Origin: Planctomycetota bacterium
GTDB lineage: Bacteria > Planctomycetota > UBA11346
Direction of reading: 5' to 3'
DNA length: 64,000 nt
Assembly: GCA_038213805.1 (NCBI GenBank)
Contig: JBBQSO010000006.1
Coordinates: 1 to 64,000 of the forward strand
Shown here: positions 1-9,015 of the stretch, one piece after another
Numbering within the stretch: position 1 is the first letter of the stretch
How the letters are laid out: each line of letters begins with the position of its first letter
Notes under the pieces: generated by a model
Database searches by the model: none
Seen by the model: only the letters and a program-made list of their open reading frames with translations
What the model was told of the DNA's origin: nothing
Made by a program: the position numbers and the translations under genes

Positions 1-1
1 C

Positions 2-46
2 TACCGCCTCAAAGAGCTCGAAGCCAGCCTCCATACCCGTTCCTGA
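2..46 (+). CDS. 3' end of a gene entering from the left edge (…YRLKELEASLHTRS*)
   Basis: Open frame with typical codon usage ending in TGA at 44-46; too short to identify. Confidence 0.4.
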   Translation, partial: YRLKELEASLHTRS

Positions 47-110
47 GCCTGCGGCCCGAAAGGACCCGCCCTGTGAAACCGTGATCTGGGTGCGACACAG
101 ATGGGGTTCG

Positions 111-1154
111 CTAATTGCGACAAGGTTCGGGTGCGTTGACAACCAACCACTTCACTCCGCGTCGCGCGGCCTCTGTGGCGCGCTCCAGCACCGTGCCGAT
201 GGCTGAGCCCTGGAAATGCCCACCCTGGATCATGATGTCGATCCAAACCGCAGCATCGATGTCGAGGCGTGCGAGGATCGGTGCGAGGTGACCGGGGATC
301 GCGCCGCGTTTGCCGGAACGCACGATGCGCCCCGTCTGGTCGACCAGTTCAAGGTAGGTGTCCAGGGTGAGGGAGCAGGGGACAAGGGCGCGCGTCTGGT
401 CGCTCGTTGGCGTGCAGGCCGCGATGGGAGCGATCCACAGACCATGCTCAGGGCCGGGTCGGGGCCCGGCTGGGGCGACGTCGGGGGGCGGCGCATCGGT
501 TCCTGCCGCGATGCCGCTGGCGATACGGTGCGCCTGGCGGGCCGTGATGCGGTCGTGAACGCTGGTCAGGCGCGACGTTTCTGGAGTTTCCGCCACCTTG
601 GCGCGGATCGGATTGAGGTCGACGTACGCCATGCAGGCGATCACCGCGGCCTGGCCGAGCAGCGCGACCGAGGTGAAGCGGCCCTGCCAGAAGGAGCCGG
701 TGCAGCCATCCTCGCGGTTCGCCCGGCGGGCGAGGCGTTCCTTCATGACCTTCATGAACCAGGAGATGCTTCCAAGCCGCTCGCGGTGCATGGCCACCCA
801 GTCAGGGTCGGCGACCCGACGGGCGATGGTTGCGGGGTCGGCCGGCAGGAGGTTGCAAGCGGCATCCCGCCGCGGGAAGAGTGCTGCCCAGCGCTGCGCG
901 ACCTCCTCAGCCGACCAGGTGGCGCAGCGCTCGGGATGGGTCGCGACGACCAGATGGAAGTGGTTTGCCATCACCGCATAGGCGAGGACATCGATGGCGA
1001 AGATCGCGATATGTGCGCGGATCATGTCATGGACCCACTGCTGGCGGTATTCCCAGCGGTCGCCGCACAGGAAACCACGCCTGACGCAGCGGTTGATCAG
1101 GTGATAGGCGCCCGCGCGTGAGGGATCGACCAGGTGGGATCGGGGGATGGTCAT
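111..1154 (-). mobile_element. REP-associated tyrosine transposase (RAYT/TnpA-REP, Y1 HUH family), copy 1
   Basis: Motifs YHLINRCVRRGFLCG, YAVMANHFHLV (HUH), ANREDGCTGSFWQGRF, CMAYVDLNPIRA (catalytic Tyr); ATG at 1154 chosen by alignment with copy 2. Confidence 0.9.
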
Positions 1155-1257
1155 CACTGCGAGGGTAGGGATCGGCGGGTGGGTCAAGGTTGCCAGGGGC
1201 TGTCAGAGGCGGATGCTGCGCGGGTGTGTGAGATGAGTGGCTGTCCTGGCTCTCCCC

Positions 1258-1354
1258 CGCCAAGACGCCAAGGACTTCGGCGCTTGCCTGTGCTCACCTG
1301 CACGGTGAGCACGGAGGATTGCTGAAGATGCAGCTATCCCTTGGCGTCTTGGCG
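1258..1354. repeat. Nested inverted repeat upstream of RAYT1
   Basis: CGCCAAGACGCCAAGG (1258-1273) is the exact reverse complement of CCTTGGCGTCTTGGCG (1339-1354); inner hairpin GTGCTCACC-tgcac-GGTGAGCAC at 1290-1312. Confidence 0.85.
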
Positions 1355-1748
1355 ACTTGGCGGTTCTATCCTGCTTCCCAGCTGCAGTTTTTAGGCTCAA
1401 TGCCTCGCTGGCGCACTTGGGCCGCCGGACCGGCCGGTCCCCATGGGATGTTCGCCACCATGAGCCGTGATGGACGCCGCTGCGACCGTGCGATCGACAA
1501 CAGCCCACCAGATAGGATTGACGGAATCACAAAGACGCTGCCAGGGCACAATCGCGGCATTGGTGGGGGATCACGCAATCGCTACGTTCGCGCAATCGAT
1601 TGCTCAACGATGCAGGGCGTCCTGCGATCGGAAACCAGCCACGCAGCCCTGGTCATGTGCCGGTCATGTCCGGGGGTTCTGCGGCTCTATGATCCACGAA
1701 GGCACCGGCCGACCGGGCAGGCATCCCGCCTCATCAAGCGAGGGACTC

Positions 1749-4700
1749 ATGAAAAACATCATCCTCTGTCTGTATGCCATCATCCTCGTGCTGGGTGCGT
1801 GCGTGCGATGCTGGTCCGGGGAGGCGGACGCCTGGACCAGCGCGCTCACCGTCCCTGCTGGTCCCATCCAGGTATTTGCACGCACGGAATGCCATAAGTA
1901 CTGGCATTTCATGAACTACCTGCACTGGTGGAATGACCGGCCCTTGGCACTCGACCGGTCGCTGCGGCCTGCTGCCGTCGACGGCGCGCTCGTCACTCCA
2001 GGGTCGGATGTGCAGGCGGTGGCGACCAGCCTTCTGCGCGATGCGGAGCTGTCCAAAGGCTATCTGCTCGATGGGCTCGCCTCGTTCGGTTCGACCTCCT
2101 GGCAGGAACCCGCGTACGAACTCTATCTGGGCGCTTTGGCTGCGGGCGGGACCACGGGATACAAGCAGCTGGTGGAAGTGGGCAATTCGCTCACGGACCT
2201 GACCTATACCCGTCTCGCCCTGGCCAAGGCGCTGGCGAGCCCCTATGCGGCGCGGATCAACGGCAAGGTGCTGGTCAGTTCGTACGCGCTGGACCGCGAT
2301 GGTCCTGACCGCATCGCCAGCCAGCTGCAGGTGCTGCATGGCGAGTTCGGAGCTGGATTCATCCTGGTGGTCGAGATGACGGCGGTAACCGAGGAGATGC
2401 TCCGGCTCTATCATCTGGGTCAGTTGAGCACCAGCCCGTCCGCCAAGCTGACCGAGCTCAAGCAGTCGCTGCGGCGGTATCTGGATGTCGCCGATGGCAT
2501 CATGGTCGAGTCCGTCCATCACATGGAGGCGGAGACCGCCAGCCGCTACGACAACCGCTTCGATCTCGCGTTCTACCGCGATTGCCTGATCCCGATCTTC
2601 AAGAGCGTGCTGGCGGAGCCCGCCTATGCCGGAAAACTGCTGGGTCTCAGCGCGGCTTCGGGCTACTGCAACAACCGCACCGGCGACAACAACAGCGAGG
2701 AATGCACGCGTCGGCTGCGCAATACGCTCGAGGTGGCGATCAATGCGGGTCCGCAGTTCATGATCCTGCCGGAATGGAACGAGCAGAACGAGAACACCAG
2801 TCTGCAGCCGACCATCAACAACAGCTGGACGCATCGACGCATCTGCGAGTATTACCTGCGGACGGTGAAGGGCCTGCCGCTGGCGCCGCGCGAGGGCGAC
2901 GACACCACCCTGCCCAACTGCATCCTGAGCTATCGGAAGGATCTGAAGATCGGCGAGGCGCTCGAGCTCGAAGTCCTCAACGTCCCCGATTCCGCGGCGA
3001 GCAGCCCCTATACCGCGACCCTGAGCCTCGAGACGCCCGCCGGCGACGTGGTGGCGGCCTTCGCGCCCATGGCGTTCAACCGCGCCGTCCTTGGCGACCA
3101 TACCATCACGGTGGCGAGCGAAACGCTCGCCGCGACGCCCATCCTGCGCCCGGTGATCACCATCCAGCAAACCACTGCGCCCGCCAGCCGCACGTTCCGG
3201 GATGGCCTGCTGCACATCACCCTGCGGCCGTCCTGGTCCATCGACTACCAGACGGTGAAGCAACCCCTGCGCGATATCGCCATGCCCGCAGTCTGCTCGC
3301 TCCAGGCGGTAGGCGGCTCTGGCCGGGATGTGGTGATCACCGGATCGGTCAGCGGCGTCGAGCGCATCCGCTCGATCGAGGTCCTCGCGGGTGCCAGCGA
3401 GGTGTTCGCCTATGACCGGCTGAACGAGTATGATCCCGCCCACAATCTCATCATCGCAGGCAGCTATACCACCTTGCCGGGGGGTTACGACGTCGACCTG
3501 TCGGTGACCGGGTCGCCCTCGTTCGAGTTCAAGCCGGTCTACATGCCGGAAAGCATCATCCCCTACCAGCGGATCGGCGCGACGATCAGGTTCGCGCCCG
3601 CCGAAAGGATACGCGAATGGCCGGGGCGCTTCTACCTGCTCATCCCCAAGACCAGCCAGGCCAGCGCCGTCATCACGGTGGCCTCGTCGCATGGTTCATT
3701 CTCCGTGCCGGTGGCGGACATCGTGGCGAATGGGGTGATCAGCAGGACGCCTGCGGCGCAACTGGTCATGCGCTTCGAAGACTTCCATATGCTACCCGAT
3801 CATCCGGTCGCGGTCGACGCTGCCAGCGCCTCCTTCACCGCCACGCTGCGCGCCGACGACGACCATCCGGTCTACCACATGCGCGTCGTGACCGAATCCG
3901 GGCGCATCCATCGCAGCAAACCCATCGTGCTCTCCCTGGGTCAGGCATCGACGACCGTGCCGGTACGGGTGACCTCGGAGGTCCATGGCGGCAGTCCCGT
4001 CACCGTCCAGGTCCCGCGCCGTGATGTCCTCGATCTGCGCTATGAGTTCGACAGCCGCTGCGGGGATGCGCTGCCGACCGCCGCCGGCCCGCGCTGGTTC
4101 GCCCAATTGGGCGGCGGCACGCTGTATGCGGACCCGTTCTATGCCGGCAACGGCGGCTATCCGGCCTCGAATCCGCTTTCGAAGCCGTCGTTTGCGACCG
4201 AGGATGGCGCCCCGAGCCTGCACTTCTCCGGTAATGGGCAGTACCTGGTCCTGCCCACCGAGGCGTTCCCGCGCGGCGCGTTCACCCTGACCTTCGATAT
4301 CAAACCGATGGTGACCACGCCGCAGGTCCTGTTCCGTCATCACGGCATCCTCATCGGTTCCTTGATGCTGAAGCTCAAGGACGGCAGGCTCTTCGCCTCC
4401 TACATCTCGAAGCTGATCCAGGAATCGTATTTCGATACCGGTCTGGCGGTGCCGGTCGGGCAGTGGAGCCGGATCGTCGTCACCTATGACCTCGCCCAGC
4501 TGTCGTTCCAGGTCGATCAGCAGCCTGCAAGGACCTATCCCTTCACTGGCACCGCGCTCTATTTCCAGCCCAGCGTCTTCGGGGGGCACCTGCGGGCGGG
4601 CTTCGGAGTGGAAGCGGGGGACGGGTTCTTCAATGGCTTTTTGCGGGCCCTGAGCATCACCCATGCGACGGGGCTGCCCAGCGTCGGCAACACGGCTCCT

Positions 4701-5126
4701 GTGGCCAATGCGCAGGTGCTCACGACCGTGAAGAACACCGCGAAATCCATCATCCTCACCGGCAGCGATCCCGATGGGGACCTGCTGACCGCGAGCGTGG
4801 CATCGGCTCCCACCCATGGGACGCTGAGCGGAACCGCGCCGCAGCTGGTCTACACGCCGTCGGCGGATTACCTCGGTTCCGACAGCTTCGTCTTTTCGGT
4901 GAACGACGGCACCGTCACCAGCGCCCAGGCGACGATCGTCATCACCACCCTCGCCGCGGAGCCGTCCGGCAGCGGTGCGAACGGGCCGGTGGGTGCGCCA
5001 TCGGGATCCGGTCATTCCGGGTGCGGCCTCGGAAGTCCGGTGGCCGCGCTCGTGGTGGCGCTGGGACTCGGCTTCAGGCGACGAGTCTCGCGATACGCGA
5101 TCAGTCAGCGCGAACCCAGCACCTGA
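1749..5126 (+). CDS. Secreted multidomain protein: GH71/GH99-like TIM barrel, LamG-like jellyroll, Ig/cadherin-like domain, C-terminal sorting/anchor signal
   Basis: Signal peptide MKNIILCLYAIILVLGAC; ILPEWNEQNENTSLQP resembles the WNE motif of GH71/99-like proteins; LHFSGNGQYL…GQWSRIVVTYD…FNGFLRAL (LamG); NTAPVAN…DPDGD…YTPSADYLGSDSF (Big_9-like); ends SGCGLGSPVAALVVALGLGFRRR. Confidence 0.75.
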   Translation: MKNIILCLYAIILVLGACVRCWSGEADAWTSALTVPAGPIQVFARTECHKYWHFMNYLHWWNDRPLALDRSLRPAAVDGALVTPGSDVQAVATSLLRDAELSKGYLLDGLASFGSTSWQEPAYELYLGALAAGGTTGYKQLVEVGNSLTDLTYTRLALAKALASPYAARINGKVLVSSYALDRDGPDRIASQLQVLHGEFGAGFILVVEMTAVTEEMLRLYHLGQLSTSPSAKLTELKQSLRRYLDVADGIMVESVHHMEAETASRYDNRFDLAFYRDCLIPIFKSVLAEPAYAGKLLGLSAASGYCNNRTGDNNSEECTRRLRNTLEVAINAGPQFMILPEWNEQNENTSLQPTINNSWTHRRICEYYLRTVKGLPLAPREGDDTTLPNCILSYRKDLKIGEALELEVLNVPDSAASSPYTATLSLETPAGDVVAAFAPMAFNRAVLGDHTITVASETLAATPILRPVITIQQTTAPASRTFRDGLLHITLRPSWSIDYQTVKQPLRDIAMPAVCSLQAVGGSGRDVVITGSVSGVERIRSIEVLAGASEVFAYDRLNEYDPAHNLIIAGSYTTLPGGYDVDLSVTGSPSFEFKPVYMPESIIPYQRIGATIRFAPAERIREWPGRFYLLIPKTSQASAVITVASSHGSFSVPVADIVANGVISRTPAAQLVMRFEDFHMLPDHPVAVDAASASFTATLRADDDHPVYHMRVVTESGRIHRSKPIVLSLGQASTTVPVRVTSEVHGGSPVTVQVPRRDVLDLRYEFDSRCGDALPTAAGPRWFAQLGGGTLYADPFYAGNGGYPASNPLSKPSFATEDGAPSLHFSGNGQYLVLPTEAFPRGAFTLTFDIKPMVTTPQVLFRHHGILIGSLMLKLKDGRLFASYISKLIQESYFDTGLAVPVGQWSRIVVTYDLAQLSFQVDQQPARTYPFTGTALYFQPSVFGGHLRAGFGVEAGDGFFNGFLRALSITHATGLPSVGNTAPVANAQVLTTVKNTAKSIILTGSDPDGDLLTASVASAPTHGTLSGTAPQLVYTPSADYLGSDSFVFSVNDGTVTSAQATIVITTLAAEPSGSGANGPVGAPSGSGHSGCGLGSPVAALVVALGLGFRRRVSRYAISQREPST

Positions 5127-5159
5127 ACGGGTTCGTGGCGAACACGTGGCGAACAGAAG

Positions 5160-5182
5160 ACATGGACATGCAATGTCCATGT
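5160..5182. repeat. REP-like hairpin just upstream of RAYT2
   Basis: ACATGGACAT-gca-ATGTCCATGT, perfect 10-bp stem; preceded by tandem 11-mer CGTGGCGAACA x2 (5134-5155). Confidence 0.75.
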
Positions 5183-5216
5183 TTGACCGAATGCCGATTC
5201 GCTCAGGATCGCCAGC

Positions 5217-6290
5217 ATGCCCCTCGCCCGCAAACGCATCATTGATCCGTCCCTTCCGACCTGGGTGCATTGCACGTCTCGCTGCGTTCGTCGCGCTTTT
5301 CTCTGCGGGGGCAGCGTCGATCATCGACGGGGTTGGATCGAGGAACGGCTCCGCCTGCTGGTCGATATCTTCGCGGTCGAGATCGCAAGCTATGCGGTCA
5401 TGGCGAATCATCTGCACGTGATTTGCCGGCTACAGCCGCAGCTTCCGCACGCGTGGAGCAATGAAGAGGTCGCTCGCCGCTGGTATACGATCTACCCTGC
5501 CGACTATTTCCTCGATGGTACAGCGAAGCCTCCATCCGAGGCGATGATCCTGGCGCGGTGTGCGGATCATTCCTGGTGCGGTGTGCGTCGACGGCGGTTG
5601 GCGGACCTCGGTTGGTTCATGAAGGTGCTCAAGGAGGCGATCGGCCGTCGTGCCAATCGGGAGGATGGCTGCACCGGCGCCTTCTGGGAGGGCCGCTTCC
5701 ATTCCGTGCCCCTTCTGGACCAGGGGGCACTGATCGCGTGCATGGCCTATGTCGATCTCAATCCTGTTCGCGCGAAGGTCGCGGAAACGCCGGAGCGATC
5801 TCATTTCACCGCGGGTTACCGGCGCATCCGTGCACGCAACCGCCACCGCGCAGTTGCCGGGATCCGCTCCCGTGACCCTCGACGAGCGGAGCGGCTGCTG
5901 AAGAAAGCGGGACTCTCTCCGGCGGCCACCCATCCAGAAGACGGCCTGTGGCTATGCCCGCTGTCGCGCTGTGTCGTCGGCGAGGAATTGGCAAATAGGC
6001 GGCTGAGTGTCGATGAGTACCTGACCGTTCTTGATGCGACCGGACGTCTGGTGAAGCCAGGCAAGCGCGGTTCGATCCCGCTGGAACTGGCCCCGATCCT
6101 TGCGCGCCTCGATCTGTCGGTTGACGCGTGGCTTGCTGCCATGATGGGATGGCGGATGTTCGCCTTCACATCTGCCGTCGGATCCGCAGCGACGTTGGCC
6201 ATCGAGGCGGGGCGCCGGAATCTGCGCTGGATCAGGTCGCATTGCCCGCTCTTCAGAAATGGCGGCAGCCGGCAGGGCGGGGCTGCATGA
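5217..6290 (+). mobile_element. REP-associated tyrosine transposase (RAYT/TnpA-REP, Y1 HUH family), copy 2
   Basis: HCTSRCVRRAFLCG, YAVMANHLHV (HUH), ANREDGCTGAFWEGRF, CMAYVDLNPVRA; clear paralogue of 111-1154. Confidence 0.9.
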
Positions 6291-6412
6291 CGCATGGGGT
6301 TGAATGGATCCTCACGCCGTGCTCCTCGCGCTCGCGAGTGACCGATTGATACGGCGAATCGTGGGATTTCCGCTCATCCGGTCGCGTGATAGTGCATGTC
6401 CGACCTCAACGC

Positions 6413-6497
6413 GACAGCGTTGATCCTGCATAATCCGGCCATCAGCTACGACTCACCTGCATGCTTTACACGACGCGGCCGATCCTTCACCAACCCG
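6413..6497 (+). repeat. Long direct repeat, copy 1 (85 bp)
   Basis: GACAGCGTTGATCCTGCATAATCCGG…CTACGACTCACC…CGGCCGATCCTTCACCAACCCG; nearly identical to 7087-7180. Confidence 0.9.
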
Positions 6498-6500
6498 GCC

Positions 6501-6588
6501 GAATCATGGACATGCCATGATTCCGGCGGAGGATTGATGCATGTCCATGAATCCTCCATGAATCCTCCATGAATCCATCCATGAATCC
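6501..6588. repeat. Two hairpins plus 11-bp tandem repeat TCCATGAATCC x4
   Basis: GAATCATGG-acatg-CCATGATTC (6501-6523); GGAGGATTgATG…CATGAATCCTCC (6528-6557); TCCATGAATCC at 6544, 6555, 6566, 6578. Confidence 0.85.
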
Positions 6589-6952
6589 AGACGAAGAAGA
6601 CGACGATGAAGACGGCTATCTCACCCGGGATGAGGCGTTGCAGTTCGCCAAGGAGAACGCCATCCGCGATCTGCTGATCAGCGGCACGCGGATCACCTAC
6701 ATCTGCTACGAAAAGACCTTTGACGATTATTGCAGGGCGGAGATCACTGGAGAAGCCGATCAGTGGACGATTACGCTGACCGCCCTCGCGAATGAGCAGC
6801 GGCTGGCGGACGAGAGGATTACCGATGAGAAGATCAGGCTCGTCGCCGCATCAGGCAGGATCATCGGCGCAATCAGGCTCTACCGGTTGAAATACGGCGT
6901 TGGCTTGCTGGAAGGGAAACAAGGGGTGGAAAGCTTGCTGCGGAAGGGCTGA
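6581..6952 (+). CDS. Small hypothetical protein with acidic N-terminus and C-terminal L7/L12-CTD-like motif
   Basis: C-terminus GRIIGAIRLYRLKYGVGLLEGKQGVESL resembles KIxAIKxYRxxTGxGLxEAKxAVE; start ambiguous (6569 or 6581) because of the tandem repeat. Confidence 0.7.
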   Translation: MNPDEEDDDEDGYLTRDEALQFAKENAIRDLLISGTRITYICYEKTFDDYCRAEITGEADQWTITLTALANEQRLADERITDEKIRLVAASGRIIGAIRLYRLKYGVGLLEGKQGVESLLRKG

Positions 6953-7086
6953 CGGGCGCCAGGGGTCAGTGGCTCGTCTCGCATGGCCATTTGGCCGTCA
7001 GCGTCGCAGCTTGTCACGCTGCGATTCCTGGAAATGCATTGATTCTGAAGGCATTTCGATGCGTGCCCATGACTCCTGTCGGCCCA

Positions 7087-7180
7087 GACAGCGTTGATCC
7101 TGCATAATCCGGTCATCGGCTACGACTCACCGTCATGACCTGCATGATCCCCACGACCCGGCCGATCCTTCACCAACCCG
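7087..7180 (+). repeat. Long direct repeat, copy 2 (94 bp, 9-bp insertion), overlapping the start of the next gene
   Basis: Matches 6413-6497 apart from a few substitutions and an inserted CGTCATGAC. Confidence 0.9.
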
Positions 7181-8856
7181 TCCTACATGCAGTGCTCCTG
7201 CGCTCAGCCCTGCACCTCCTCCTGCTAGGCATCGCCACGGCGGCACTGCCGGCCCAGGACACCGGCGCCGACCTCTGGCGCCAGTACCAGGCCGATCCGG
7301 ACCGCCATCCGGTGATCCCCAACGTCTCCTATGCCGGGTACCAGTGCGGTGATGTGGCGCTGCCGCAGCCGCCGGCGCAGTTCGATCTGGTCAAGGATTT
7401 CGCTGCGGTCGGGGATGGGGCCAGCGATGCGACGGCGGCCTTCCGGGCGGCGATCGCCAAGGCTGCGAGCGTGGCGAAGCCGGGCAGGCCGGCGGTGGTC
7501 AGCATTCCCGCCGGCATCTACAACGTCACCGGCATGATTCGCTTGGATCGCAGCGGGGTGATCCTGCGCGGCGCCGCTCGCGGCGACACCATCATCGCCT
7601 TCCAGAAGCCGCTGAGCGGGGTTATCGGCGCCAGCCAGGCCGGCTCATCGTCGCGCTGGTCGTGGAGCGGCGGTCTGGTGTGGATGGGCCCGGGCGATGT
7701 CTTCGCGGATGACGGCACCTTCCGCACTCCGGCGACCACCCAGGACTGGGAGGAATGGCAGACGCTGCCCGCCGTGGCGCAGGTGACCGCCCCGGCCAGG
7801 CGCGGCGATCGAACGGTGCACGTGGACGCCGCTGGTGCCAAGGCGCTCAAAGCCGGCGATACCCTGCTGCTGTGCTGGGCCAATCCCGCGGATCGCAGCC
7901 TGCTGTTGCACATGGCCGGCCATGCCCTGATGGCGGACTACGACTGGGCCAAATCCGGCGGAGGGCTGACCAGCGTGCAGGCGTGGCGCTGGCCGGTCGA
8001 GATCGCCGCGGTCGATGGCACCACGGTCACCCTGCGCCAGCCGCTGCGCATCGACATCCGCCCGGAATGGCAGGCGCGCTTCGCGCCGCTCGGTGCGCAC
8101 CTCAGCGAGTGCGGGATCGAATCACTGACCCTGCGCATGGTGCCGCACGCCGCGGCCAAGCACCTGGCCGACCTGGGCTGGAACGGCGTCTACCTCAATC
8201 GCGCGCTGCATTGCTGGGTGCGCGATGTGACCATCGAGAACAGTGACAATGCGCTCATCCACGCGGCGGCCAAGAACACCACCGTCAGCGGGCTGATCGT
8301 GACCGGCGGGAAGCACCATCACGCCACCGCCCTGCGCGTCTCCAGCCACGACAACCTGATCTGCGATTTCCGCATCGAATCCCAGCCCAAGCACGGCATC
8401 AACACCGAATTCCTGTCCACCGGCAATGTCTGGTGCCGGGGCGTGATGCTGCATGGCACCTTCGATTCGCACCGCGCGATGTCCTTCGAATCGCTGCGCA
8501 GCGACATCACCGTGAACAACGACGGCACGCCGGGTGGCGGCGGGCAGGCCGGCCCGTTTCTTGGGGCGCGCGTGGTGCACTGGAACATCCGCGTCACCGG
8601 CAAGGCCGATTTCATCTACCAGCCCGAATGCCTCAGCCTGGGCGCCCTGGTCGGGATCCAAGGCGTGCCGCGCCTGGACAAGGAGGCCTGGGCGATGCCC
8701 AAGGGCGACAAGGGCGTGGTCGTGGCTGACGACGGTCGGGTGCCTGAGGTGGTCGACCTGTATGCCGCCCAGCTGCAGCTGCGCCATGCGCGCGCCGCCA
8801 CACCGGCAACCGGCAGCACCAAGCCCGCGGGCAGTCCTGGAAAGACCGCCAAGTGA
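7135..8856 (+). CDS. Secreted pectin-lyase-fold (parallel beta-helix) protein, putative polysaccharide lyase/hydrolase
   Basis: Signal peptide …LLLLGIATAALPA; PNVSYAGY and DFAAVGDGASDATAAFRAAI…IPAGIY (Pectate_lyase_3-type N-terminus); WVRDVTIENSD repeats; start uncertain. Confidence 0.8.
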   Translation: MTCMIPTTRPILHQPVLHAVLLRSALHLLLLGIATAALPAQDTGADLWRQYQADPDRHPVIPNVSYAGYQCGDVALPQPPAQFDLVKDFAAVGDGASDATAAFRAAIAKAASVAKPGRPAVVSIPAGIYNVTGMIRLDRSGVILRGAARGDTIIAFQKPLSGVIGASQAGSSSRWSWSGGLVWMGPGDVFADDGTFRTPATTQDWEEWQTLPAVAQVTAPARRGDRTVHVDAAGAKALKAGDTLLLCWANPADRSLLLHMAGHALMADYDWAKSGGGLTSVQAWRWPVEIAAVDGTTVTLRQPLRIDIRPEWQARFAPLGAHLSECGIESLTLRMVPHAAAKHLADLGWNGVYLNRALHCWVRDVTIENSDNALIHAAAKNTTVSGLIVTGGKHHHATALRVSSHDNLICDFRIESQPKHGINTEFLSTGNVWCRGVMLHGTFDSHRAMSFESLRSDITVNNDGTPGGGGQAGPFLGARVVHWNIRVTGKADFIYQPECLSLGALVGIQGVPRLDKEAWAMPKGDKGVVVADDGRVPEVVDLYAAQLQLRHARAATPATGSTKPAGSPGKTAK

Positions 8857-8994
8857 CGTGACGGGGGGCTGCGAACGCGGCATCCTGGGATGCGAGCGGC
8901 CCGACCGACAGGTCGCGAGCGAGTCCGCGCAGCGGTGGTCTGCCGTGTCCCATGGTTTCCGGGAACGCCCACGAATATCCCTTCAACGCCAATG

Positions 8995-9008
8995 GTATAA
9001 CGATGTAC
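8995..9008. promoter_or_regulatory. Candidate LacI-family operator
   Basis: GTATAACGATGTAC, imperfect palindrome with central CG, 7 bp before the ATG at 9016; a LacI gene lies in the same unit. Confidence 0.5.
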
Positions 9009-9015
9009 TCATAGC

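Noticed and set aside
6413..7180. Integron cassette with attC sites
   Set aside because: The repeats lack recognisable RYYYAAC/GTTRRRY-bounded palindromic attC structure and no integrase is present
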